Shown piece after piece: positions 40,350-54,299 of a DNA stretch of 64,000 nucleotides. The notes under the pieces were generated by a model. That model saw nothing but the letters and a program-made list of their open reading frames with translations, was not told the origin of the DNA and ran no database searches. The position numbers and the translations under genes were made by a program. The stretch covers positions 179,988,001-180,052,000 of the forward strand of contig NC_086097.1 of NCBI RefSeq assembly GCF_963921235.1. The letters are read 5' to 3'. The DNA comes from Mobula hypostoma (Eukaryota). Position 1 is the first letter of the stretch. Each line of letters begins with the position of its first letter.

Positions 40350-41707
40350 CACAAACAAGAGAAAATCTGCAGATGCTGGAAATCCAAGCAACACACACAA
40401 AATGCTGGAGGATCTCAACAGACCAGGCAGCATCTACGGAAAAGAGTAAACAGTCGACATTTCAGGCCAAGACCCTTCAGGACTGGAGAAAAAAAAAGAT
40501 GAAGAGTCAGAGTAAGAAGTTGGGGGAGGGAAGGAAGAACCACAGGATAGGTGAAACTGGGACGGAGGGGGAGGGTGAAGTAAAGAGCTGGGAAGTTGAT
40601 TGGTGAAAGAAGGGGGAATCTGATAGGAGAGGACAGAAGGCCATGGAAGGAAGAAGAGGAGGAGGAGCACCAGAGGGAGCTGATAATGTGGGAGAGAGAA
40701 ATGGGAATGGGGAATACTGAAGGAGGGGGTCATTACAGGAAATTCGAGAAATTGCTGTTCATGCCATCAGACTGGAAGCTACCCAGATGGAATGTAGGGT
40801 GTTGCTCCTCCAACCTGAGTGTGGCCTCATCATGACAGTAGAGGAGGCCATGGACTGACATGTCAGAATGGAAATGAGACATGGAATTAAAATGGGAGAT
40901 CCTGCTTCTTCAGGCGGATGGAGCGTAGGTGCTCGGCAAAGTGGTCTTCCAATCTATGTCGGGTCTCATTGATATACAGGGGGCCACACGAGGAGCACCA
41001 GATACAGCAGATGACCCCATCAGACTCACAGGTGAAGTGTTGCCTCACTTGGAAGGACTTTTTGTGGCCCTGTATGGTAGTGAGGGAGGAGGTGTAGGGG
41101 GAGGTGTAGCACTTGTTCCACTTGCAAGGATAAGTGCCAGGAAGGAGATTAGCGGAGAGGGGTGAACAGACAAGGGAGTCATGTCAGGAGCAATCTCTGC
41201 AGAAAGCAGAAGTGGGGGGAGGGAAAGATGTGCTTGGTGGTGGGATCCCACTGTAATGGCAGAAGTTATAGATAATTTTATGTTGCATGTGGAGGCTGGT
41301 GGGGTAGTAGGTGAGGACAAGAGGAACCTTATCCCTGGTAGAGTGGTGGGAGGATGGGGTGAGGGCAGATGTGCAGGAAATGGAAGAGATGCAGTTAAGA
41401 GCAGCATTGATGGTGGAGAAAGGGAAACCCCTTTCTTTGAAGAAGGAGAACATCTCCTTAGTTCTCGAATGAAACGCCTCATCCTGAGATCAGTTGCCGT
41501 GGAGACGAAGGAATTGAGAGAAGGCGATGGCGCTTTTACAAGTAACAGGGTGGGAAGAGGTATAGTCCAGATGGCTGTGAGAATCAGTGGGTTTATAATG
41601 GATATCAGTAGATAAGGTGTCTCCAGAGATAGAGACAGAAAGAATCAAGAAAGAGGAAGAAGGTGTCGGAAATGGACCAGGTAAATTTGAGGGCAGGGTG
41701 GAAGTTG
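40350..41707 (-). mobile_element. 5'-truncated Penelope-like element inserted into a Rex1-type LINE
   Basis: 13-bp TSD GTAAAAGAGGAAT (40337-40349, 41708-41720). SFFKERGFP...RDKVPLVLTYYP remnant, GIY-YIG region and a degenerate hammerhead at about 40450-40485. Confidence 0.85.
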
Positions 41708-44700
41708 GTAAAAGAGGAATAATGAGGTAGTGTTCATGGGTTCATGGATCATTCAGAAAACTGATGGCAGAGGGGAAGAAGCTGTTCCTGAAATGTTGAC
41801 TGGGGATACCCAGGTTCCTGTACCTCCTCCCCAATGGTAATAATGAAAAGAGGGCATGTCCCAGATGGTGAGGATCCTTACTGATGGATGGTGCCTCCTT
41901 GAGTCACCGCCTCTTGAAGATGTCCTCGATGGTGGGGAGGGTTGTGCCCACGATGGAGATAGCTGAGTCTACTGCCCTCAGCAGCCTCTTGTGATCCTCT
42001 GAATTGGAACCTCAGTACTAGGCAGTGATGCAACCAGTCAGAATGCTCTTCCTCTGTGTATCTGTAACAATTTGCAGGAGTGTTTGATGATATCCCAAAT
42101 CTCCTTGAACTAACAAAGTAGAGCTGCCTTCTTGACTGCCCAGCTGGTAACAGTGCCCCTCTCCCTGGGCTGGTCTCTACAATTTCATTCATTCTGGCTT
42201 TTGTCCGCACCACTCTCTTACCTAAACTTGGCAATCAGTCCCATACCCCCAACCCATGCCTGGAGCTCCATCTTTTAGTCTCCCCATCTTCACTAAAGTT
42301 GTCCAACCTGCTTAATATTTCCAGCTTTGTATCTGATGATGCTTCATTGAACAATGAAGGTGGCCATTTGGCCTATTGTATCTCTGCCATCCCTTTGAAG
42401 CATTTCCATCTGGTTTCATTCCCTGCTCATCTCTCATTGTCTGAAAAATTCTTCTTCTCCAGCTCCTTTCATCTTCTGCTTTCAACATACTCAGGCAGAA
42501 TGCTCCACATCACTTGTGTGAAAACACCATCCCGTGCTTTGTTGGTGCTGGAATGTGTGGTGACATTTACAGGCTGCCTCCAGTACATTCTTCACAGGCT
42601 GTGTTGGTTGTTAACTTAAATGATGCATTTCACTGTGTGTTTCAAAGTATTTATTTTAATTTTTATTCATTTAAATTTTAGAGATACAGGGTGGATTAGG
42701 CCCTCCCGGCCCTTCAAGCTGCACCGTCCAGAAAACCCCGGCAATTCACGATTTTACCCTCACCTAATCACGGGACAAATTACAATGACCAATTAACAGG
42801 GAGAAAACAGGAGGACCCATATTCCATGGTGTCCCCTTACAGAGAACGTCGAGACTGAACTCTGAACTCTGCCACCCAGAGCTGTAATCACGACGCTACC
42901 ATGGTGCGTATGTGAGAACTAAATGTATGGGAACCAGAATACCTTTGGTCCAACATTTCAAATACTGTCTCCCTGATTCTTGACCTTCTGCTAATGGAAT
43001 CAGCTGCAATCAATTCACCATGTCTAAACCCATCAAGATCCCCCCTAATATTCTCTGCTCTGTTAGTGCCAGTTGCCCTGAATGCCCCATGTAATTCTCC
43101 CTATCCCCACACTACCTTTGCAAATCTATATCCTTCCCAGGTTTTTAAATGGCAAACTTCCTGCCTTTTCCATTTCAAAGGTGGATGCTACAGTTATTTG
43201 CCTGAGTGTTTATTCTAGTTGTGTTGCTTTGTTTGCAAGTTCTGCAGGGAAGATGCTCCTCTTTCAGCTTCTGACAAAATAAATTTCCTGACAAGATCAG
43301 GCCCCACATTTTCTGTCTCAGTTAGCTTCAGCTGTTAGCAAATTCTTTTTTAGATCACTGGTCAAGGCTATGCCCTGCTTCAAAGGCACTGGGCAGAATT
43401 ACCCGGCCAGCCTGCGGATCTAAAACGATCAATAGTTATGAGAAGATTAAAAACACTGAGAGAAGATTACACACTGGTTTGATAGCGCAGTGATTTACAT
43501 TCATTAATAATTTCTGATACATTGGCAAGAAGAGGAAGTTAGAATTGTTGGATGATTAGTGTTTGAAACAAGGACAGACCATAACAGGTGCAGGTTTAAA
43601 AATTAGAATTCATTGCATGAGAAGGGGCGAGGAGATCACGTTACTAAAGATTTTGTTTTAAAAATAAAGTTTTCAGAGGTTAGCTTTGGGGATTAGGGCA
43701 GAGACAGAGTCAACCACAGTGCAATACTTCGCAGGTCTTTTCTGTCTGAACCACCCTGCAGCACTGTCAATGGTCCACCTGCAAGTGTCTCCAGTCCCCT
43801 GTGGGGTCTGTTCTAACAGTCCAAAGGTAACAGTAAAAGGGTTACCGGTCCTGCTGCCTCCGTCAGCAGAGATTGAAACAACCAATAAGTGCATAGGCAA
43901 AATATGTAAAAGTTTAATTCCATGTAGAAATAGGACTGCGTACCAAAGATATGTGGGGAGGCTGAGATAAGATGGGAGGAAGATCGAGTGGAAATTAACG
44001 ACTGTCACTCTGTCCTCTGCATGTCTCTAAACACTCCCAATGTTGGGAGCAGAAATCTGTTAACCTGCTTAGATCTCTGGAATTGAATCATGGAGTCATA
44101 CAGCCACGGAAACGGGGCCCTTCAGACCACTTAGTCCATGCTGACAATCAAGCGTCCATTCACACTCATCCCACAGTGGTCCAATTTTATTCCCCTCCAT
44201 GTCCTTCTAACCCTCCCTGAATCTCTTTCCACAATCCATCGACCACAGTTTCAGAATTTGCCCATTGTAAATTGAGGGACCACTTTGTCAAGCACCTCCA
44301 CACCATCCACCACAGGTGAGACTTCCCAGTGGCCAAACATTTTAATTTTGATTCCCATTCCCATTCCAACATGTCTGTCTATGGCCTCTTCTTGTGCCAA
44401 GGGTCCATCTCATCATGCAGGTCCATTGAAGAGTCTGATGACATTGGGATAGAAGATGTCCTTAAGCTTGGTGGTCCATGCTTTCAGGCTTTTGTATCTT
44501 CTGCCCACTAGGAGAAGAAAGAAGAGAGAAGGTCCAGAGAAGCTGCCTGACCTGCTGAGTTTCACCAGTGTTTTGTATTTGTCGCTCCTATAATGTGAAA
44601 CATTGTACAAACATGTCTTGTCTACAAAAAGCAAAACAAACCCAATTCAATTAATCTACCAACCAATCAGTCTACCATCATTCATCAGAGGACATCAACA

Positions 44701-46669
44701 GTGCTGCTACGTAGCGCTTACTGGATTCTGCCTGAGCTGAATACCTGCCTCTCTTCTGGGCTACATCCATGTCCAGGCGTCCCTGAAGAAAGAGCACGCA
44801 ATGTCCACAGTTAGAGCTGGGGATTTCCAGGACAGTGGGGAGGGGCACCACAAGAGCTCAAGTGGATTCTAATTTGAAACTGGTCTGTAAATAGTATGAA
44901 TCATGGAACACTGTAGTATTATAATGATGTGATGCTGAAATCACTGAATAAACCTGTTTTAGAAAAGGAAGAAAAAGTAATACTTACAGACCAGTAGCCT
45001 GTAACCATTGTTGGGATGTGTTCCTGATGTTAACTCTCAGCTCAAAATATTAACTGTTTTTTCCCCTCCATAGTTGTTGCCTGACCTGCTGATTTTATTC
45101 ACCATTTTCTTCTGTGTGGTTCTCTAGATTTCCAGCATATATAGTCTCCCTTGCATCTCTGCTGGGCTACAGCCCTCATCACAGCCTAGGTCCAAACGTG
45201 AATCAACAAGCAGAACTCCAGAGGGGAGGTAAGAGTGAAACACCGCGACATCAGGGCAGTGTCTTACTAACTGTGGCACCACGGAGCCCAGGTAAAATCA
45301 AAGTCGATGGCTATCAGGGGAAACAAGCCAGTGGTGGAGTCAGTCATCACACAATGGAAGGTGGTTATGGTTGTTAGATCCCTGCCATTGAGGATATCTT
45401 CAAGAGACCATAAGACCATAAGACAAAGGAGCAGAAGTCGGCCATTTGGCCCATCGAGTCTGCTCCACCATTTTATCATGAGCTGATCCATTCTCCCATT
45501 TAGTCCCACTCCCCCGCCTTCTCACCATAACCTTTGATGCCCTGGCTACTCAGATACCTATCAATTTCTGCCTTAAATACACCCAATGTCTTGGCCTCCA
45601 CTGCCGCCCGTGGCAACAAATTCCATGGATTCACCACTCCCTGGCAGTACCTCAGGGTGGCAACATTGCTCACTAAGGACATTCATCATCTGGGTTGTGC
45701 CCTCATGCCCTGTGCTCAATACTGCCATTGGGGAAGAGGTCCAGGAGCCGAGGACGCATACTAAATACTTCAGGAATAGTTTCTTCTCCTCCTCTATCAG
45801 ATTTCTGGACACTTCATGAACTCACAAACATTGCCTCATTATTTCTTTGTTTTTGTTCTATTTATTTATTTTGTAACTTATTGTAATTTTGTGTCTTGGC
45901 ACTGTGCTGCTGCCACAAAACACCACATTTCACATTGTATAAGACAATGACAATAAAGCTGCTTCTGCTCCCTCTGCCCTTGCACCGCCCTGTGCTTTCT
46001 CAGATCATATGTCAGATGTTCCAGTGAAAGCCATTCTCAACGAGTTGGGACAAGGTTACTGCTCATTCCACACACCCAGCAGAGAGCTCAGACACACAAC
46101 TGTTTCCCTGCTCCCTCTTCTGGCACAACCACCTTTGGGCAAATTTGTATTTTTTGAAGTGCTCCACTCTAATCTTCCAGTAATCCCTGCACTTCATTCT
46201 ATATGGGACATTCAAATTTTCAAGATACCAGCGGCTTTAACTCTGAATAGCATTGACCCTCCTGAGACAGGTGTAAATCATATATAGTACATTGTACAAT
46301 GTAGAACAGTGTAGCACAGAAACAGGCCCTTCAGCTCACAATATCTGTGCCGACCATGATGCCAAATTAAACTAATCCCATCTGCCCTGCACATGGTCCA
46401 TACTCTCTGTTTCCTGTGTGTTAAAATATTTATCTGAAGCCGATTTAAGTTGCTATCATAACTGCTTCCACCACCTCACCAGGCATCCACAACTCTCTCT
46501 GTAAAGAATTTGGCTTGTAAATCTTTAAATGTTTGTCCTCTCATCTTAAATCTAAGCTCTCTACTTTCAGATACTCACACCCTGGGAAAAAGACTATGAC
46601 CATTTAAAGTAACAGTGTCTCTCATAATTTTATATGCATGTATACATAGAGCATAGTACAGTACAAGTT

Positions 46670-47235
46670 GAAGGAGCAACACTTCATATTCCATCTGGGT
46701 AGCCTCCAACCTGATGTCATGAACATAGACTTCTCCAACTTCCAGTAATTTTCCCCTCTCCCATCACTGTTTTTCTATTCCCTTCTCTTGCCTCTTCTCT
46801 TCTCACCTGCTTAACTCCTCCCCTGGTTCCCTTCCTCCTTTCCTTTCCTCCATTGTCCACTCACCTCTCCTATCAGATTCTTTCTTCTCCACCTTTTGCC
46901 TTTTCCGCCTATCACTGCCCAGCATCCCCCCCCCTCACCCAACCACCTGTTTCACCTATCACCTTCAGCTTATTCTCCTTCCACACCCCCACCTGTATTC
47001 TGGGTTCTTCCTCCTTCCTTTGCAGTCCTGATGAAGGGTCTGGGCCCAAATCATCGACTGTTTATTCATTTTCATAGATGCTATGTGACCTGCTGAATTC
47101 CTCCAGCATTTTATGTGTGTTGCTCTGGACTTCCCACATCTGCAGAAGCTCTTGTGTTTACAGTACAGCACAGTAGAGTAGAGTACAGTGCAGAACAGTA
47201 CAACATCTGCAGAAGCTCTTGTGTTTACAGTACTG
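46670..47235 (+). mobile_element. Penelope-like 3' fragment with duplicated 3' terminus
   Basis: EQHFIFHLGSLQPDVMNIDFSNF. The block acatctgcagaagctcttgtgtttacagtac occurs twice (about 47137 and 47203). Confidence 0.75.
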
Positions 47236-49308
47236 CACAGTACAGGCCCTTCGTCCCATGGTGTTGTGTCAACCTTTAAACTACTCCAAGATCAATCTAA
47301 CCCTTCCCTCCCACAGAGCTCTCCGGTTTTCTTTCATCCATCGAAGAGTCTCTTGACTGTCACTGATGTACCTGCGTCTACAAGCACCCCTGACAGCATA
47401 TTCCATCCCCCCACCAGTCTCTGTGTATAAAAACTTACATCTGACTTCTCTCCTGTACTTTCCTCCATTCACCCTAAAATTATGCCCTCTTCTATTAGCC
47501 ATTTCTGCCCTGAGAAAAAGTCTCTGGTTGTCCAATCTATCTATGCCTCTTATCATCTTATATACCTCTATCAATTCACTTCTCATCCTCCTTCACTCCA
47601 AAGAGAAAAGCCCTAGCTCGCTCAACCTTTCCTCATAAGACATGCACTCTAATCCAGATGTCATGTTGATAAATCTCCTCTGCACTCTCTCTAAAGCTTC
47701 CACATCATTTGTATAATAAGGTAACCTGAAATGAAAGAGAAAGACTCCAAGTGTGGTCTCACCAGAGTTTTATTGGGCTGCAACAAATATACCTGTACAA
47801 AGTCACCCTCCTTTGCTGTAAGGCCAACAGCCCTAGCCTATCCAATCTCCCTTATAACTCACACCCTCCAATCCTGGGAACATTCTTGGGAGTCGTCTAG
47901 CTTAGCGCAACCTTCTTCTAGTTTAACGATCAGCATGTACACAATACTTCAAGTGTGAGCTAACCAACAGATTGTACAACTGTAACGTGACATCCCAACT
48001 CACATCCTCAAAGGCAGAGTCAATGATGGGAAGCATTCCACAAGCCTTTGTCTGCCCATGTCTCAATTTTCAGGGAACTATGTTCATACACCCCTCTGTT
48101 CTTTAACACTCCCCTGAGCCCTGTCATTCACTGTGTATGCCCTGCTGTGGTATAACAACCGAAAATGCATCCTTTCACACTTGCCTGAGTTAAGTTCCAC
48201 CAGCCATTCTTTTGCCCACTTCCCCAGTTGATCAAATTCCTGTTATAACCTTAGACAACTTTCTACACTAAGAGTGTCAGAAGATTGGAGTTTGGATGAC
48301 AAGTGGGTCCTTTGAGGTACATATATCATAACGGGGGGGGGGGGGCGGCACCGGGAGCGGACCCAAATGCAAGACACAGACACTGAAGTACTAGGAACAG
48401 GATTTTACTAGGGAGCTGGGACAAGAACACAGACTTGGGCTAGGACATTGGCTAAGCAAGCGGGACCAGGACAAGGAACTGGGAACTAGGAGCCTGGGCT
48501 TGGACTCTGAGCCGGAGACTGGACGAGGACCTAGAACCTGGGTCTTGACTCAGGCTCGGACCCCAGAACTAGTCTAGGACATGACATGGCTACAGGACTG
48601 ACATGGCTTGGATTCTTCGTGGCTTGGGTTCTTTGAGGCGAGGACATGACGAGGCTTGGGTTCGGACTCTGAGCTAGAGACTGGATAAGGACCCAGAACC
48701 TGGGTTTTGACTCGGGCTCGGACTCCGGAACTAGGCGAAGACATGACGTGGTCTTGGGAGACAGGACTAGGTGAGGCTACAGGACAGAACGAGAGACCCC
48801 TGGGCAAGACAAGGGAACTCCAGTATAGGATGAGGGAACTCCAGCACAGGACGAAGCACATGGATAGGTCGAGGCACATGGACAGGACGAGAACACGAAG
48901 CTTTGACTTGGTACTCAGGAACAGCCGAGCCTTGGACTTGGGACGACAGGAACCTTGGAACCTTGGACTGGGACGGCGGGAACGCAGAACACAGAGCCTT
49001 GGTCTTGGGGAGGACAGGAACACAGAGCCGTGGTCTCGAGCATGGGAACACAGAGCCTTGGACTTGAGAGACAGGTACATGGAACACAGAGCCGAGACCC
49101 CTCCTTGGGAACAGGACGTAGGGCCGGGACTCATACACGGAATGCTGAACACGACGAGATGGTTCCCAACACTAGGTAGCGGCAAACAGCCAGACCTACC
49201 TAGTGAAGGCATGGAACAGGAATTCTGCAGATGCTGGAAATTCAAGCAACACACAGCAAAGTTGCTGGTGAACGCAGCAGGCCAGGCAGCATCTCTAGGA
49301 AGAGGTAC

Positions 49309-49344
49309 AGTCGACGTTTCAGGCCGAGACCCTTCGTCAGGACT
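49309..49344 (-). ncRNA. Minimal type I hammerhead ribozyme, second copy
   Basis: Exact reverse complement of 50576-50611. Confidence 0.8.
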
Positions 49345-50575
49345 AACTGAAGGAAGAGTTAGTAAGAGATTTGAAAGTGGGAGGGGGAGGGGGAGATCCA
49401 AAATGATAGGAGAAGACAGGAGGGGGAGGGATGGAGCCAAGAGCTGGACAGGTGATTGGCAAAGGGGATATGAGAGGATCATGGGACAGGAGGTCCGGGG
49501 AGAAAGACAAGGGCGGGGGAACCAGAGGATGGGCAAGGGGTATAGTCAGAGGGACAGAGGGAGAAAAAGGAGAGTGAGAGAAGGAATGTGTGTATATAAA
49601 TAAATAACGGATGGGGTACGAGGGGGAGGTGGGGCATTAGCGGAAGTTAGAGAAGTCGATGTTCATGCCATCAGGTTGGAGGCTACCCAGACGGAATATA
49701 AGGTGTTGTTCCTCCAACCTGAGTGTGGCTTCATCTTTACAGCAGAGGAGGCCGTGGATAGACATGTCAGAATGGAAATGGGATGTGGAATTAAAATGTG
49801 TGGCCACTGGGAGATCCTGCTTTCTCTGGCAGACAGAGCGTAGGTGTTCAGCAAAATGATCTCCCAGTCTGCGTCGGGTCTCGCCAATATATAGAAGGCC
49901 ATGTCGGGAGCACCGGACGCAGTAAGCGGAACAAGTGCTACACATGCCCTTACACCTACTCCCTTACCACCATTCAGGGCCCCAGACAGTCCTTCCAGGT
50001 GAGGCGACACTTCACCTGTGAGTCGGCTGGGGCGATATACTGCGTCCGGTGCTCCCGACATGGCCTTCTATATATTGGCGAGACCCGACGCAGACTGGGA
50101 GATCATTTTGCTGAACACCTACGCTCTGTCTGGATCCCATTCCCATTCTGACATGTCTATCCACAGCCTCCTCTACTGTAAAGATGAAGCCACACTCCGA
50201 TTGGAGGAACAACACCTTATATTCCGTCTGGGTAGCCTCCAACCTGATGGCATGAACATCGACTTCTCTAACTTCCACTAATGCCCCACCTCCCCCTCGT
50301 ACCCCATCTGTTACTTATTTTTATACACACATTCTTTCTCTCACTCTCCTTTTTCTCCCTCTGTCCCTCTGACTATACCTCTTGCCCATCCTCTGGGTCA
50401 CCCTGCCCCTTGTCTTTCTCCCTGGGCCTCCTATCCCATGATCCTCTCGTATCCCCTTTGCCTATCACCTGTCCAGCTCTTGGCTCCATCCCTCCCCCTC
50501 CTGTCTTCTCCTATCATTTTGGATCTCCCCCTCCCCCTCCCACTTTCAAATCTCTTACTAGCTCTTCTTTCAGTT

Positions 50576-50611
50576 AGTCCTGACGAAGGGTCTCGGCCTG
50601 AAACGTCGACT
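50576..50611 (+). ncRNA. Minimal type I hammerhead ribozyme (Penelope-associated)
   Basis: AGUC-CUGACGA-AGG(GUCUCGG)CCU-GAAA-CGU-C-GACU. Stem I AGUC/GACU, conserved core, palindromic stem III ACGU, predicted cut after GUC (50607). Confidence 0.8.
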
Positions 50612-53600
50612 GTACCTCTTCCTAGAGATGCTGCCTGGCCGGCTGCGTTCACCAGCAACTTTGATGTGTGTAGCGAAGGCATGGACACAGAGAGACAGTT
50701 CCAACTCAACGATAGACAGTTCCTTATCTTGACACAGCTAAGCTCCGGTCTCACTCTGGTGGTAGAACTTGACAAGGTCGCAGGGCAAAGCTCCAGACTC
50801 AGGTTGCAGGCAAGGCTTCAGAAGGAAGGGGAAGGGAAGGGAACAGTCCAGCCTCAGGGTAACGGCAAAGGCCTGGCTTACCCCACAGAGGCGAGGACAG
50901 GGATACTGACCAGACGAACCAGCAACCACACTTGAACCCAGGGCCACTTATATTCCCAGCCCTAAGACGAGCATCAGGCGCATATGATTAAGCCCGACTG
51001 AAACAAGGGACAGCCAGAAGACCCGGAGTCCGGAGTCCATGGACCGGACCGTGAACCGGAACACGGACTTCACGGACCGGACCATGACAACATACATACA
51101 GTGGAAGCACATTGCAATTGATAAGACACCTCTGAAAGTTCAAACAACTTTGCTGGGAGAAACTATAATTACCACAAATATTCTAAAAACTTTTGATGAT
51201 GGAGAGCCAAACATCCAAAATGAATGTAGTCAGGGCTGTCTCTGAGTACAGAAATATTCTAAGTACACAAAAAACTATTGATTGCCTATACCCATGACCA
51301 TGTTTGATATGCTAAGTGACAACATCAGTTTGGTCTGCTAACTTGAACTCAAGTCACAATGGTGCAGTAACTTAGCCATGTTGCCTGGTTTTATGCAGGC
51401 CAATTAACACAACCCCATTGTCTTAACATTTGGCAGTTGCATATGTAATTGTCCAGTCTGTGGGCCAGTTTAACTTCAATTTACTGCTTGCAATTTCCAA
51501 TAATAACTGAAGGCTAACTGCAAGCATCTTGAACATAATTACATTTACAATAAAAACTGAAGACTGGTTCTTGTTTGAATAATATCTGCTCTATCCACAT
51601 AAGTCCAGAACACTCCCCAACACATACCACCTAAATTCTCTTCAAAAGCACCCAGCTCTTATCCCTGGGGCACACCACTGGTCACAGCTCTCCAAAGGAA
51701 GAACAACCCTTCCCTACCACCCTCTATCTCTAATCTGCAAGACAGGGTCCAATTTGCCGTCTCACCCTGGATGCATGTATTCTAAACTGGACCAGTCTAC
51801 CATGTAGGACCCTGTCAAAAGCCTGGCTAAATTCCATGTAGACAACACTCACCACCCTATCCTCATCAATCCCCTCACTCACTTTCTCGAAAAACTCAAT
51901 CAGATTTCTTGGGAGGGTGACTGAGTGGCTGGCTGTATCCACCATGAACCCCATCAACACAGGGAGCAATTCTCCACTGCCTTTGAAACATCAGACCCAG
52001 TCTTGAACCACAGTCTGTTATCATCACTGATACTATAATGGTAAGTTTCTACAGTGGCTTTCCCCTTGATTTCCTGGGGTCCTGAACATATGTTTGTTGC
52101 GTAGCTCTGTAATGGCTTAATTACAAGTTGTCAGTGTGGTTGCTGGGAACCTGGGGCCTGGAAGATAGTTGTACTGATTTAATAGTGGGTTTGCATCATC
52201 CTCCTGAAGCTTGCTCTAATTTACTGGCGGTTTAGTACTGGATTGCTGACAAAGTCCTGTAATTGTTCTCTCATGTCGGATACTGAGCAGGAAACCATAT
52301 GGAATTGGAATTGGAATTGGTTTATCATTGTCACATGTACTGAGATACAGTGAAAAGCTTGTCTTCTGTGTTGTTTATACAGATCATATCATTACACAGT
52401 GCATTAAGATAGAACAAGATAAAACAATAAAAATATGCGGAATAAAGTGTAACAGCTACAGAGTGAGTGCCATGCAGGTACATAATAAGATGCAAGATCA
52501 TAACGAAGTGGATTATGAGGGCAAGACTTCAACTTATTGTTCCAGGGATCTACGATATTTAGTAGTCTTATAACAGTAGCATAGAAGTTGTCCCTGAGTC
52601 TGGTGGTACATACTTTCAAGCTTTTGTATCTCCTGCAAAATGGAAGAGGGGAGAAGAGAGGAGGTCCAGGGTGGGCGGGGTCTTTGATTATGCTGGCTGC
52701 TTTACTGAGGCAGCAAAAAGTGAAGAGAGAGTCCAAGGAGGGGTGAGGGCTTTGATTGTGCTGACAGTTTTACTGAGGCAGCAAGAAGTGTGGACAGAGT
52801 CCACAGAGGGGAGGCTGATTTCCCTGATGTACTGAGCTGTGTGCACAAACCTCTGTAGTTTCTTGTGGTAATGTGCAGAGCAGTTGCCATACCAAGCTGT
52901 GATATATTCAGATATGATGCTTTCGATGGTACATCAAAAAAATTGCTGAGAGTCAACGGAAACGTCAAATTTCTTTAGCCTTCTGAAAAAGCTGAAGCAT
53001 TAGTGAGATGTCTACAGTTAAGATGTCTGCCCCTTTAGGCTCATCTGTGAAAACAGCTTAAATTTCTCTCTTTAATGTCTCTTTTTTTCCTTCCTCAGGG
53101 TGATTTGAGGCTCTATTGAGGTCCTGATCTGCAAGTGGCACTCAAACTGCTTTTTTTTTTACGGCGGATGAGTTCCTGTTCCTGAAGCTCACCAGCTGAC
53201 CATCTTCCAACATCCTGCAGGCATGGCTTAGAAGATGGTGCCTCTGGGGTTGGGCCTGTGTGACCCTGTGGATGACTGATTCCCGGTCGGTGTTAGTGAC
53301 TGAAGCATCGTGAGAGAAGGAACATCAGGTTTTCATTGCAGCGGATGTATGAATGGAGGTCTCTATAGTCCAACAGTCACATACTCGCATTCTCTCAGTG
53401 GGGGAGAGCATTTGCTGCCAATTTTCGGGCTGGAAATCTCAGAGTATAAAGCAACGCAGCAGACTAACAGTGAATGTCAGTCTCCCCTTTCACTGTGAGA
53501 AATGGGTAATGTCTCTTTGTCCCTTGTTAGTGAGAGGAAGAACCTGTGGCATGTTGAAATGTTGGGTAAATTATAGCCTTTTTTGACTGCAGATCATGGT

Positions 53601-54299
53601 CTCTTTTTGGGTGCTTGCTGTTGCTTGGCGGCTGGTGGGTGCCGAGGATTTTGCTGAAATGTATGGGAGAGGTTGAGGTTGACGGTTGCTGCGGCTCGCA
53701 TGGGGAGATGGGAGGGGGCTTTGGGGTTCCAAAGTTTTCTTGTTGTCCATTCTTTTGTCGTGGATGTCTGCAAAGACAAGTATTTCAGTTTGTATACTGT
53801 ATACATTCTCTGATAATAAACAGAGCCATTTGAACCAATTAGTTGGAACAGGACATCCTACTGATGATGTTCACCCCAAAGAACTTGAAGCTCTCAACCT
53901 CAACACCATTGATGGGGACAGGAGCATGTGCACTGCCCCTTTCCTGAAGTCAATGACCAGCTCTTTTGTTTTGCTGACATTGTTAACATGTTACTGAGCT
54001 CTCCATCTCCTTCATGTACACCAACTGGTTGTCCTACTGTTGGACTTTCTGAATGCTATGACTTGCATGTGATTCCTGGGGAGTCTTTCTCAGCAGTAAG
54101 TGAGTCAGTATCAGTCTCTGCCACATTGAAGTGAGGTTGTGCAACCAACTGCAGGTAAGGTGGATGAAGCATACGTGGTATTAAGTGTTTATATCAACCT
54201 GGCCTTCCTGGGAAACAGTGACTCTACTGGCTAGAAAATAACAACTTGAAAACACTCCTCCCTCTAAGACCCCTCCCCATCTGCTCTCCCCCTCTTGTC

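Larger units (their letters stand above)
49216..50670. mobile_element. Young Penelope-like insertion of two inverted arms (minus 49216 to about 49924, plus about 49925 to 50670)
   Basis: 15-bp TSD TAG(T/C)GAAGGCATGGA (49201-49215, 50671-50685). GIY-YIG motif AIYCVRCSRHGLLYIGETRRRLGDHFAEHLRSV. The arms are nearly perfect reverse complements. Confidence 0.9.
48324..51089 (-). mobile_element. Solo LTR (about 1.3 kb) interrupted by an inverted Penelope insertion
   Basis: Termini TATCAT (from TGTCAT)...ATGACA, 5-bp TSD ACATA (48319-48323, 51090-51094), internal tandem sub-repeats and a TATA-like motif on the minus strand near 50950. Confidence 0.75.

Noticed and set aside
43250..43990. Candidate enhancer in non-repetitive sequence (TGATTTAC motif)
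   Set aside because: A single short motif without conservation data is insufficient.
48574..49603. Long ORFs of 320 aa (-) and 298 aa (+)
   Set aside because: They run across an LTR/Penelope junction through low-complexity tandem repeats, with no recognisable domain.
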